Source: Octopus sinensis | Lineage: Eukaryota | Direction: 5' to 3' | Assembly: GCF_006345805.1 (NCBI RefSeq) | Contig: NC_043016.1 | Coordinates: 32,612,001-32,676,000 of the forward strand | DNA length: 64,000 bases | Shown here: positions 22,402-35,083 of the stretch, piece after piece | Numbering within the stretch: position 1 is the first letter of the stretch | Layout of the letters: each line of letters starts with the position of its first letter | Translations under genes and position numbers: made by a program | The notes under the pieces: generated by a model | Databases searched by the model: none | The model's input: the letters and a program-made list of their open reading frames with translations, nothing else | Told to the model about the DNA's origin: nothing

Positions 22402-23987
22402 TGTATATATATAAAAGTGAAGTTGTGTGAGTGTCTGTCTCCTACGATTTAGATTCCTAACTACTCCCACATTTTGCGGTGCAGTTTAACCAAAACCGGG
22501 TATCTTATAGTCGTGATTCATATCGAGCCTTTCTGGGTAATAGCGCGCGTCTACGATGAGTCTACGATTTTAAAAATAATTTACCATATTTTTTTTTCCA
22601 TTTTAAAGCATATTTTTTGGGTTCTTCCAATTTTTTCGTGTGTCGATGGCGGCGGAATTGGCGTCCATGCTCACACCTGCACCTGTGTTGCTTCTCCCCT
22701 TTCTTCCCTCCCTCGTGAAGCTGTGGGGAAGGGAGTGTAAGGAAATCAACGTCGTAAAGCGTTGTCAAGGAGACCAGCGTTCTTTTAGAACAACGACTTC
22801 ATGGCTTGAAAACACCAAAACAGAAATGGCTAAGAAAGCCCGAAAGCAAATTCTACAAAATCGGGAAACACGCCACACAAGGCAGGTTTCCTGTGCAAAC
22901 AATTTGCACAACCGAATGTTTTAGTTGTTGCACAAATCTTTATATATAAAAGTCAAGTTGTGTGTCTGTCTCCTACGATTTAGATTCCTAACTACTCCCA
23001 CATTTTGCGGTGCAGTGTAACCAAAACCGGGTATCTTATAGTCGTGATTCATATCGAGCCCTTCTGGGTATTAGCGCGCGTCTACGATGAGTCTATGATT
23101 TAAAAAAAATTTACCATCATTTTTTCCATTTTAATGCATTTTTTCGCTATTATATAAGAGAAGTAACTCTCTAAAAATGTCTACGATGAGTCAACGATTT
23201 AAAAAAAAATTTACCATCATTTTTTATTCCATTTTTAATGCATTTTTTTGCTATAACTCTCTAAAAATGCTTATATAGTTATTTCCCTTACAAACCCGAG
23301 CAACGCCGGGCGATACTGCTAGTCTATATATATAAAAGTGAAGTTGTGTGAGTGTCTGTCTCCTACGATTTTGATTCCTAACTACTCCCACATTTTGCGG
23401 TCCAGTTTCACCAAATTCGGGTATCTTATAGTCGTGATTCATATCGAGCCCGTCTGGGTATTAGCGCGCGTCTACGATGAGTCTACGATTTTAAAAATAA
23501 TTTACCATAATTTTTTTCCATTTTAACGCATATTTTTTAAAGGCTGTGGGGAAGGGAGTGTAAGGAAATCAACATCGTAAAGCGTTGTCAAGGAGACCAG
23601 CGTTCTTTTAGAACAACGACTTCATGGCTTGAAGACACCAAAACAGAAATGGCTAAGAAAGCCCGAAAGCAAATTCTACAAAATCGGGAAACACGCCACA
23701 CAGGGAAGGTTTCCCGTGCAAATAATTTGCACAACCGAATGTTTTAGTTGTTGCACAACTTTTACTTAAAAAATATTATCCAAACACAAACTTTTGAAGG
23801 CAATATTGTATGGCGATGGTACTTGTGAAATATGGTAATGGATTTAGTAGCCAAAAGGAGAGAGCAGAGGCATAGTATAGTGGTGGTGGAGGCGGTGGTA
23901 GTGGCAGCGGTGGTGGCGGTGGTGCTGGTAGTGGTGATGGTGGTCGTGGTCGTGGTGGTCGTCGTGTTTGTGGTGGTGGTGTTGTTG

Positions 23988-24019
<32 letters not shown>

Positions 24020-24865
24020 GGTGGGGGTGATGGTGGGGGTCGTGGTGATGATGGTGATGGTCGTGGTGGTCGTGGTGGTCTTCGTGATGGTGGTGGTGCT
24101 CATGGTGGTAGTGGTGATTGTGTTGGTGGTGGTGGTGGTGGCTGAAGCTGTCGTCTGGGTTCTTCCAATTTTTTCGTGTGTCGGTGGCGGCGTTGGCGTT
24201 CATGCTCGCACCTGCAACTGTGTAGCTCCTCCCCTTCTTCCCTCCCTTGTGAAGCTGTGGGGAAGGCAGGGTAGGGAAATCAACGTCGTAAAGCGTTGTC
24301 AAGGAGACCAGCGTTCTTTTAGAACAACGACTTCATGGCTTGAAGTCGCCAAAACAGAAATCGCTAAAAAAGCTGAAACAGATCCACAAAAACGGCAAAA
24401 ACCGCCACAGAGGGCAGGTCTCGTGTGCAAACAATTTGCACAACCGAATGTTTTAGTTGTTGCACAAATCTTTATATATAAAAGTAAGGTTGTGTGTCTG
24501 TCTCCTACGATTTAGATTCCTAACTACTCCCACATTTAACGGTGCAGTTTAACCAAAACCGGGTATCTTATAGTCGTGATTCATATCGAGCCCTTCTGGG
24601 TATTAGCGCGCGTCTACGATGAGTCTACGATTTAAAAAAAATATTACCATAATTTTTTTCCATTTTAATGCATTTTTTCGCTATTAAATAAGGGAAGTAA
24701 CTCTCTAAAAATGTCTACGATGAGTCAACGATTTAAAAAAAATTACCATAATTTTTTATTCCATTTTTAATGCATTTTTTTGCTATTTTTTGGCTATAAC
24801 TCTCTAAAAATGCTTATATAGTTATTTCCCTTACAAACCCGAGCAACGCCGGGCGATACTGCTAG
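22402..24865 (+). mobile_element. Composite non-autonomous Helitron-like array
   Basis: Inserted between A22401 and T24866 with no TSD, judged from the intact mirror arm. Sub-units 22937-23322 and 24469-24865 start with TC and end with a CCCG..CGGG hairpin plus CTAG. Confidence 0.85.
23875..24150. repeat. Composite (GGT/GTC/GTT/GAT)n trinucleotide microsatellite
   Basis: Direct inspection. Confidence 0.9.
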
Positions 24866-25842
24866 TTATATATAATGATAGAGACTACTTATATGCACTA
24901 AATGTATGTTTTTGCCAATGCTTACATCTGTATGCTCGCTCTATAACCGTGTTTACTAGGGTATTTTTAGAAAAAATAATGAAAAATAGCTCAGAATTGC
25001 AGAGAAGACAGAATTTCTTGCCTTTGTCATATGGTATCGAAATTGAGAGAATTAACCATTCTAAATGAAATTGTTCATTGTGGTCTTTTAAATCCCAAAT
25101 CAGTTTGCTGAAATAAACGGAATAGTACCAGTCTCAGCAAACTGATTTGAGATTTAAAAGACCACAATGAACAATTTCATTTAGAATGGTTGATTCTCTC
25201 AATTTCGATACCATATGACAAAGGCAAGAAATTATGTCTTCTCTGCAATTCTGAGCTATTTTTCATTATTTTTTCTAAAATACTCTAGTAAACACGGTTA
25301 TAGAGCGAGCATACAGATGTAAGCATTGGCAAAAACATACATTTAGTGCATATAAGTAGTCTCTATCATTATATATAATTTAAACTTTAATTTCCATTAT
25401 ATTTAACATTCACTATTAATATCCCTACTGTTTCTGTTAGCTACTTATGACGTTATATCATATAACGTTTTTTTAAACAATATTAATAGCGTTCTGTCTA
25501 TCGCTATACAAATCCATCATTTTTTGCTAAAATGTCTTATTGACGAGTTCCGATTTTTTCACTTTCCTGAAAAGATTGCATTGTTTATACCATTTATTCT
25601 TTTAAATAGTATCAGTGGAATTTTCGAAACATGTGTCGAAGTAAAAATATTTGATTACGCCTGCGTTAACTCCATTTTTTAAATTCATATTATTCAAAAT
25701 ATTCAACGTAAACACGAAGTTTCTACCTTTATAAACAAGGAGTTACAACACCTTTACTTGTGAGATTTTTGCTGCCCTGGTAACTATTTATTTATTTTTT
25801 CCGTGTTAATTGTTAACAAGGTAAAAATACACTCATCTATTT

Positions 25843-25908
<66 letters not shown>

Positions 25909-25920
25909 ATATATATATAA

Positions 25921-25963
<43 letters not shown>

Positions 25964-26559
25964 TTATATTAGAAGAAATGAGGTACTCAGAAGATCGGAT
26001 GGTTTATATTTACAGATATTTATTTATATATTACATTTTTTATATATATATATCATATCACTTAGATCATTAGCGCTTTCTCCCATTCTAGTGGGGTTTT
26101 CAAATCAAACTAAGTTCCTGTGTGGGGAATTTTGATCATTTTATAGAATTTCGTAGTGGTGGGGAGGAATATAAGACAGTACAAGAGGATGATGGATGAG
26201 GTGAAAGTGAGAGAGAGAACATGTGTGTATGTGTGTGTGTGTATGTTTGTATCTGAGGTGAGTGCTAAAGAGAAAGAGGTGAAGGGAGAGGGAAGATGAA
26301 GGAAAGAATTTCTTTTTTGGTCTGTGCTGGATGGAATATTGACTCCAAGGGGGTTCTAAGGCCTTAGGAAAAAAAAAGAATTTCAGCTTTAACCACTTCA
26401 CAGTGTCACTGAGTGTGTGGTGGCGGGGAGGCAGGCCATAAATTATATTTCCTTTTATCATTGTGAGAATGGTCAAATGCTTTTTTTGGGTTTAAGAATT
26501 CTTTCCACTTTTTATGATCGTTTTGTGGAGGTGTGTATATGTGTCTGTGTGTGTGTGTC

Positions 26560-26596
<37 letters not shown>

Positions 26597-26709
26597 GCGT
26601 ATGTGTGCGTGTGCGTGTGTCTGTGTATTTGGAGACGGGAAGAGAGAAAAAAAGAAAAAGAAAGATAAGGGAGGAAGGGGAAAAAATTGTGTTGATATTT
26701 ATACCACTA

Positions 26710-27465
26710 TATATATATACATGCTTATACATGAAATATTAGGGAAAAAAACACCTTTTATCGATTCAAAATGAACAACTAAATTACACCATCTTGAAAA
26801 TTGTATATCATAGGAAGGTTAAAATTAAAGTGACAATTAAAAAGTAAAGATGAAGTAAATTTTCAAAAATAATATAATGTATATAACAGGCAATATATAT
26901 ATACACACACACATATATATATACATATACACACATATACTAAATGTTCTACTATATTAAATTGTAAATCGAAAGATGTGTCCTTCAATGTCAGTATATA
27001 TATATACATGCTTATACATGAAATATTAGAAAAAAAACACCTTTTATCGATTCAAAATGAACAATCAAATTACACCATCTTGAAAATTGTATATCATAGG
27101 AAGGTTAAAATTAAAGTGACAATTAAAAAGTAAAGATGAAGTAAATTTTCAAAAATAATATAATGTATATAACAGGCAATATATATATACACACACACAT
27201 ATATATATACATATACACACATATACTAAATGTTCTACTATATTAAATTGTAAATCGAAAGATGTGTCCTTCAATGTCAGTATATATATATACATGCTTA
27301 TACATGAAATATTAGAAAAAAAACACCTTTTATCGATTCAAAATGAACAATCAAATTACACCATCTTGAAAATTGCATATCATAGGAAGGTTAAAATTAA
27401 AATGACAATTGGCACGTAAAGATTAAGTAAATTACAAAAATAATATAATGTATATAACAGGTAAT

Positions 27466-27496
<31 letters not shown>

Positions 27497-27764
27497 TACA
27501 TATATGTGCCGGTGGCACATAAAAAGCACCATCCGTTCGTGGCCGTTTGCCAGCTCTGTCTGGCACCTGTGCGGGTGGCACGTAAAAAGCACCCACTACA
27601 CTCTCGGAGTGGTTGGCGTTAGGAAGGGCATCCAGCCGTAGAAACACTGCCAGATTTGACTGGGCCTGATGAAGCCTTCTGGCTTCACAGACCCCAGTAG
27701 AACCGTCCAACCCATGCTGGCATGGAAAACGGACGCTAAACGATGATGATGATGATGATGATGA

Positions 27765-27815
<51 letters not shown>

Positions 27816-27870
27816 TATTAAATGTTCTACTATATTATATTGTAAATCGAAAGATTTGTCCTTCAATGTA
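26710..27870 (-). repeat. ~287 bp tandem repeat (three units; the third interrupted by an RTE tail), contiguous with the PLE 3' end
   Basis: CATGCTTATAC at 26720, 27007 and 27293; the third unit resumes near 27805 and abuts the PLE stop codon at 27885. Confidence 0.85.
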
Positions 27871-27884
27871 TGACGAGTAAAATT

Positions 27885-29795
27885 TCAGCCATTTAATTTG
27901 GGGGAGAACTTAGCTATGAAATATTTTTCCATATTCCTCCTGAAAGAGGTGTCGTTCTTCGGACATTTGTAGAAGGGAAAGATCTTAAATTTTCCTTCTC
28001 CACACGTAGCTAGGTGTGTACTTAGTGGTATTTTGCGTAGTTCTTCCAGCCGAATATGTTGTCGGTGAATCCTGGCTCGCTGGCACAAAGAATTCTCCTT
28101 GCACGCGGGGCAGGTTATGCAGTATATAACGTTCTGCGTCTTGCAGTTCATATCTGCATTTACTTTGAATACGTAACCACTTTTAAATCTCATCTCTCTG
28201 TTTCCCTCTATGTATTTGTTGGTGGGGTTGCTGCAGATCCCACATCTACCATCTCCGCACTCTTTTGCAAAGAATTCCGTTTTACTTTCTGAAGAGAATT
28301 TCGCTCTTGTTAGGTGTTTCTTTAGGTTTTTGTCCTGTCGTCTACTGTTTTTTATGCTATATTTGTTTAATATGTTTTTCATTTTGGGGCTTTGTAAGGC
28401 TATTGGTAGGTTTGAATGTATGGTTTGGAAGATGTTGGTAACTCCAGGGTTGTGCGTGTTTATAAAAGGGATAATGTTTTCTTTGATTTTTGTTTTGGGT
28501 GTCCTGAGATGTGCGATGTCTAGTTTTAATGCTCTTGTGATTCCATTTTCTATTAGTTTAAGGGGGTATTTTTGCTCTAGGACGAAGTTTTTGAGTTCAT
28601 CTAGTCTTATTAATCGTATTTGTGAATCAGTTACTATGCTACATATTCGTCTTGCCATACTATATGGGATGTTTCTTTTTGTGTGGGATGGGTGGCATGA
28701 GTGGAAATTTAAATATTGGTGTGTGTCAGTTTTTTTGTAGTGGGTGTCTGTTGTGACGATGGAGTTGTGTATTTTGATGTTGATGTCTAGGAAGGGAAGT
28801 TCGTTGTGGCTGGTATCTATTGTGAAGTTGATAGATGGGTGCAGCGTATTGAGGATGTTGTGGAATGTTCGTAGGTCTTCCTCTGATCTGTTCCAAAAGA
28901 TGAAGCAGTCATCGAGGTAGCGTTTCCACTTTTTCTTGATGTCTTCTCTGAAGTCGTGTTCGAAGACTTTCCCTATTTCATCGTATAGTTTGTTCTCCAG
29001 GAAACCCATCACCAGGTTGGCATATGAAGGTGCGAATTTTGTACCCATAGCCGTGCCTTTTATCTGTCGATGAGAATGTATTTTCTTCGAGTATTAATTG
29101 GGTGGCTTGGGTGATAAAGTTTGTCTTAAAGCGTTCGTCTATAAGTTCTCTGTATTTTTCTATCGATTGTTTTATTGCTTCTAGACCTAGGGTGTGTGGT
29201 ATGTTTGTGCATAGATTTGTGACATCAAAGCTTGCAAGTATGGTGTTTTTCGGGACTGTATTTGGATTGTGTGTGAGGAAGTCTATGTCATCCCTTATGT
29301 AGCTTGGTATCTGTGGGCATAAAGGTTTGAGGAGTATATCTATGAAGTGGCTTAGTTGTTGTGTTGGTGCCTGGAGTCCTGCCACTATTGGTCTCATTGT
29401 GAGGTCTGCAGGCCTTTGTATTCTTATATAGTGGTTCCTCTGTTCCTTTATGGCTCTCTGTATTTCAGAGCTTTTATGAATTTTAGGTAATCCATAAAAA
29501 TTGCTTTCTTTGGTTCTTGAGTTGCATAGACACTCTTTCTACTTATCTGTAAAGGAGTTCTGGTATTAATTGACTAAAGTTCTAATTTTTTTTATTGTTG
29601 CTTTCTCCGGTGGTGTTGGTTCCTCTTTATAGTATGTCTGGTTGTTCAGTAACTCCAGTATCTTTTCTTTGTAGTAATCTGTATCCATAATTACTATTGC
29701 TCCACCTTTGTCAGCTTCTTTTATAATGATTGACTTATCATTTTTCAGTTTTTGTAAGGCTTGTTTTTCTCCTCTGCGGAGATTCTATTTGCATT
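27885..29795 (-). mobile_element. Penelope-like element (RT, Cys linker and GIY-YIG remnant), 5'-truncated and frameshifted
   Basis: KEADKGG, YGLPKIHK, RPIVAG, MGTKFAPSYANL, RYLDDCF, HPSHTKRNIPYS, CGDGRCGIC and NVIYCITC; the YIG half appears deleted. Confidence 0.93.
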
Positions 29796-30542
29796 TGTGT
29801 GTGTGGAGAGGGAATTTATATATATATTTATATATATTTATATATATATATATATTACTGGAAAACGGCTGAATGGATTTTCACCAAATTTGGCAGAAAT
29901 ACTCATTGGGTGAGTGGCTCGAACTCATTATTATGGTTTGATTATCTTCAAAACAGGCGGATGGGTGAATCAAGATGTCATTTTTCTTTGTTACATAGGC
30001 ATAAACAATAAACAGGGGGAAATAACTGTTGATGCAATTTTGTTGAAATATGAATTCGTCTGAGAATATATTTATTAAATTAAATTTTATCCTTATGAAT
30101 GCGCATTGTTTTGAATTAATCATGCTTTATTTGTTTTTACATTGAGATTTTGATGATGTGCTTGCATCATTTTTAGTATGACATCGCAGGGTAGGCGTGA
30201 GAGGCTGAAAAATGGCCAGATATGGCTGGTTTAAATGCCTAAGTATTGTTTGTAAAGAATAAAATGTTTTGAATGGTACAACAATGCACTATAATATAGA
30301 TAATTCTTATTTAAGAATATCTGAAGAAGGAATGTAATTCTGAAACATCATATCAGATCATGGATAACTAAATTACAACAGGTAAATAGCCCATTGTCTA
30401 TATTATAGTACATTGTTGTACCATTCAAAACTTTTTATTCTTTAAGTATTAGAATAGCAGGCATCAATAAACTCAAAATATCCACTCACATAAGAATTTA
30501 TAACATAAGAACAAACAAAGGTGAAAATTCCTTTGAAATTAC

Positions 30543-30711
30543 CTGAAGGTTTTTTGGGGATGATATTAGTTTGTACCTGGACATCGATGACAGCTTTTAA
30601 GGCACTGCTATTGACAAGTTTTTGACTGACAGCATTAGCCGTTTCTTCAACAAGATCTTTTAAGGTAGAAATCAGGGTTCCTGAATTATCATTGTGCTTC
30701 ATATCCAGTGA
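30543..30711 (-). CDS. Ser/Jag: Jagged exon (exon 25 equivalent), 169 bp, juxtamembrane
   Basis: [56 protein letters not shown]. Confidence 0.9.
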
Positions 30712-32214
30712 CTGAAACGTTAAAGAAAAGAGAATGCAATTAATATTATGCAGACAATAATATATTTCACAGTGTGCACTCTCTACTGCTCAGATATTTT
30801 GATATATGGAGTGGGCCCAAAGTCATGAGCCAAATAAGTTCAATATGATTTGGAATTATGAAAGACAAGGTTCAATTTTTCTAAAAATTGAATAAAATAA
30901 ATAAAATTATGATGAATACACATGTAATGTGTATTCAAGTACATGATGAACAAAATGAATGATAATAATAAATGTAATAAGGAATGTCACATGTTTTGGT
31001 ACATGACTTTTGGCACACACACAGATATAAACACGCCTGCAAACAATTGTAATTACCAAGCATACGATTGCCAGAGCTGTTAGAATGCAGCACAAAGTGC
31101 AATGTTGTGTTCATTCCAGTTCCTTATATTTTGAGTTCACCTGCATCAACAATGCTAGCGCTAAACTGTTTCGTTTCCACTTGGGCAAATTCAGTTCATA
31201 ACAGCTAGTTTTCCATTACAAAAATGAATAAATAAATAAATAAATAAAACAAAAAGATCTTGCCCAGGCCAGCAAATCCTTCTGAGTGATGAAAACAGTA
31301 AGAAGCTCATTGTATGTGTGTATGTGTGTCACTGTTGCTTGACAACCAATGTTGATGCGTTCACATACCCATAACTAAGTGATTCAGTAAAAGAGACTAA
31401 TAGAATAAGTACCATGAAGTTAAGTCATTTGACTAAAAATTCTTCAAGGCAGTGCCCCAGCATGGGCACAGTCTACTAACCGAAACAAATAAAAGATAGG
31501 AACAAAAGTTAACTTACCAGTGTAATTTCAATGGAGTCAGCTCTTCGAAGTTGGATAGCACATAGAATAATAATCGTTTCTTTCTTGGCATAAGCTTGCA
31601 CTTTGGGGAAGGCTCGAAGAGAACTGCAGATATTGCCAACAGATACACCCTGTAAAATAAAAGAATCAATTGTAATAGTCAGGTCTACAGACTGGCAATT
31701 ACTAAACTCAGATTCAACATGTGAATTTTAAAATTTCTTTGTAAAGTTTCATATTTTCCTTTGGTGCCTCTTATTACTTAGTTTTCAGGAATTTGGTCAC
31801 CATGATTTTCAAAGAACTTTTCAGCTATTGCAAAAGTCTGTTGAAAACTGATGTGTTTAAATTCCTGAAAACCAGCTTGAAACCATGTTGTAAATGCCAT
31901 AACAACGATGATGGAGTCTCCAGTCAAAGATGATGTATAAGTGTTCATATTTTGCCTGACGACTGGCACAAATGATTTGTTTTATAGCAATCAAATGTAT
32001 GTGCTGTATATTAATTAACTCACTCTCTCCATTAAATAAACATTGCCCACTCAAATGCATGGCGGACCACATGTCAGGTGTTAAAAATGATTGCAAAGCA
32101 ACAACATGAGACAAAGTGTTTTGTCCAAGAACACAACATATCACCTGGTCTAGGAATTGATACCATAATCTCACAATTGTGAATGCAACAACCTAACCAT
32201 TAGGCCACACACCC

Positions 32215-32269
<55 letters not shown>

Positions 32270-33661
32270 CCTTTCTACTAAAGGCACAAGCCCTGAAATT
32301 TTAGAGAAGGAGACTTATCAATTATATCAACCCCATAATAATTTGTAACATGCAACAGAAAGAGTATTAGGTTAAAATAGCAATAGGTGTATCATACATA
32401 AAGCAGATATATTAGTGAAATCTTAATTTACTGCAGTGTTCATCCTGAGATAGCATCTGTTATGATATCAGAAATATCAGCAACAGATGAAAATCTAACA
32501 GAAGTGGCAGCAGTGTCATTGAGTAATATGAATTTTTACCCAGAGAAGAATTTAATTCCAACTTACTTTTGGCATCCGAGATTTGTCAAAGAGAAGGTTG
32601 ATTTTTGCACAGTTATTACTGATTTTTGCTTCATTTGGTATACAGTTGGTTTGTATATCTCTGGGAGCAGAATCTTCAATCTTTGATATATGTTTACAGT
32701 GACCCCAAGGCAAGCAGGGTGGTGTAAAGCATGTCTGTGTTGTTTTTACAACACACGTTTCATCATGTGCACATATATCGACTGGCTCAGAAACATTTGG
32801 ATGGCTCAAGCAGTTTTTGGGTCCGCACCAAACCTTCAAATATAGAAATATTCCAATGATAATATTCATAAACAAACCAAAACAAAACAAAAGAAAAAAG
32901 AAAAAGAAAAAAATATTATGGACCGGATGATTCCAGAAATATTTTAATGATAATAATAATTAATGCCACAATACTAGTTAAATTACAATTAATATGGCAT
33001 GAATTATATCATCATCACTGTTTTAATGTTCCCTCTCTTCCATGCCTGCAAGGGTTGGATGAAATTTGTTGAGATTTTCCACAACTGGGTGCTCTTCCTG
33101 TCACCAACTTTCACTTGTTTCCTATTGCTGGACATGACCTTGCAGAAGACTGGAAATGAATGACACTGCTCACACAATGGTAATGCTTGCAATTTATTTT
33201 GCTATGTCCTCACAAGGAAATGATAACAGACACAGATATATATATATATATATATATTGAGCTGTGTGTTGTGTTCTTGAGCAAGACACTTTATTTCATG
33301 TTCTTCCAGTTCACTCAGCTGTAGAAATGAGTTGTGATGTCACTGGTACCAAGCTGTATTGGCCTTTGCCTTTCTCTTGGATAACACTGGTGGCATGGAG
33401 AAGGGAGGCTGGTATGCATGGACAACTTCTGATCTTCCATAAACAAACTTTGTGCCGCAGAAGGGAACTTTCTAGGTGCAATCCCATGGTCATTCATGAT
33501 TGAAGGGGAACTTTTATATATATACATTATCATCATTTAACATCTGTTGACCATGCATGGGTTGGATGGTTTGACTGGGCTGGCATGCTGGAAAGCTGTA
33601 CCAGGCTCTAGTCTGATTTGGCATGGATTTTTAAAAAATTGTCAATTTTTATTATATTCAT

Positions 33662-33709
<48 letters not shown>

Positions 33710-34994
33710 CATTGTGTACAGTGCTCAGGTGCACTACAACTCATCTAAAGTGTATGTATAATCAGGTGTAGTTTCGGCGGATTTCGGAAAGCATGAGGGC
33801 CTTAAAGGATGCAGTGTCATGGCAGTCAACAACTGACGCAGGCAGTTTGTTCCATGCTTCAGCAACTCTGAGCGTGAAAAAATGTTTCCGAAAGTCATGG
33901 GAGCTGTGTTGTTTTCTGACTTTGTAGGCATGTCCACGTGTGTTAGACACATGAAGATCAAAAAGGTGTTCAGTGTTGTTTTTATATATATTGTTTCCAG
34001 TATAAATTAATATATTACTAAGAATATTACCAGTTGCTGGCACATTGGAAAAAAAACCTGCCAGTATGCCACATTAGATAGTTTGAGAAGCACTGGTTTA
34101 GAGTACTCTATGAGCAAGGGAAAAAGATAGGAGGTTCATGGCTGGAATGTCTTTTACCAAAGATCAGGATTGACTTGTGGTGCTAAACAACAACAACAGC
34201 AGCAGTAGAACTAATATGTAACAACAACTTGCTGGGTTTACAGGATAAATTCCTTACCTTTGTACAATGAACGCGACCGTTGTTGCAATGACAAGAATTG
34301 CACTCATGTTTCCATGAGCTTTTGTCAGAGTAGGCATGTTGTTTGAAAATACAGGAATTAGGAGAAGGCAAATGTCCAATAACTGAAAATATAACAGAAA
34401 AGAAAAAACTGAAAGAATTACCAAATGTTTTATTGGAATTAAGACAGGCTCTTGTAACCAAAAAGATATGTTAATCCTTAGACCCACCAGAACCTGTTTA
34501 TATAGGTATATGTTTTAGCCTTTAGCATTTACATTATTCTGTCAGATGTAATGCTTATTTGTTCATATTGTTTTGAATTAATCATACATTATCTCATAGC
34601 TTTGAGATTTCAATGATGTGGTCGTTTAGTTTCAAAAGAACATTACGGGGTTGGTGAGAGGCTGAATCTGGTCAGTAGGAACACGAAACAGGTAGAATAT
34701 TTTTGGCCAGATATGGTCAGTTTAAATGCTAAAGGATTGATTTAAATACAACAGAAATTTAATTTTGATTAATTAACAAGTTTACATAGATACATGACTA
34801 ACCATTTTCACATTGATTTCCAGTTCTTCCGGGAGGACAAATACATTTATAGCTACCAATTTCATCAATGCAAGTACTGCCAAAAGCAGATGGATTCGAA
34901 GTACATTCTTGTATATCTGCAATTTCAAAAATATGAGTTATTATGTTACTCTAAAATGTTTTTTATATACAGCACCGTTTTTACATTCCTGTAA

Positions 34995-35031
<37 letters not shown>

Positions 35032-35042
35032 GATACATATGC

Positions 35043-35083
<41 letters not shown>

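Larger units (their letters stand above)
22086..25690. mobile_element. Inverted duplication of a Penelope-like 3' end (arms ~560 bp, 22 nt loop), with the left arm split by the Helitron-like insertion
   Basis: 22086-22401 plus 24866-25111 is the reverse complement of 25134-25690. The + arm encodes PYDKGKKLCLLCNSE...LVNTVIERAYRCKH*, which resembles a PLE ORF C-terminus. Confidence 0.8.
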
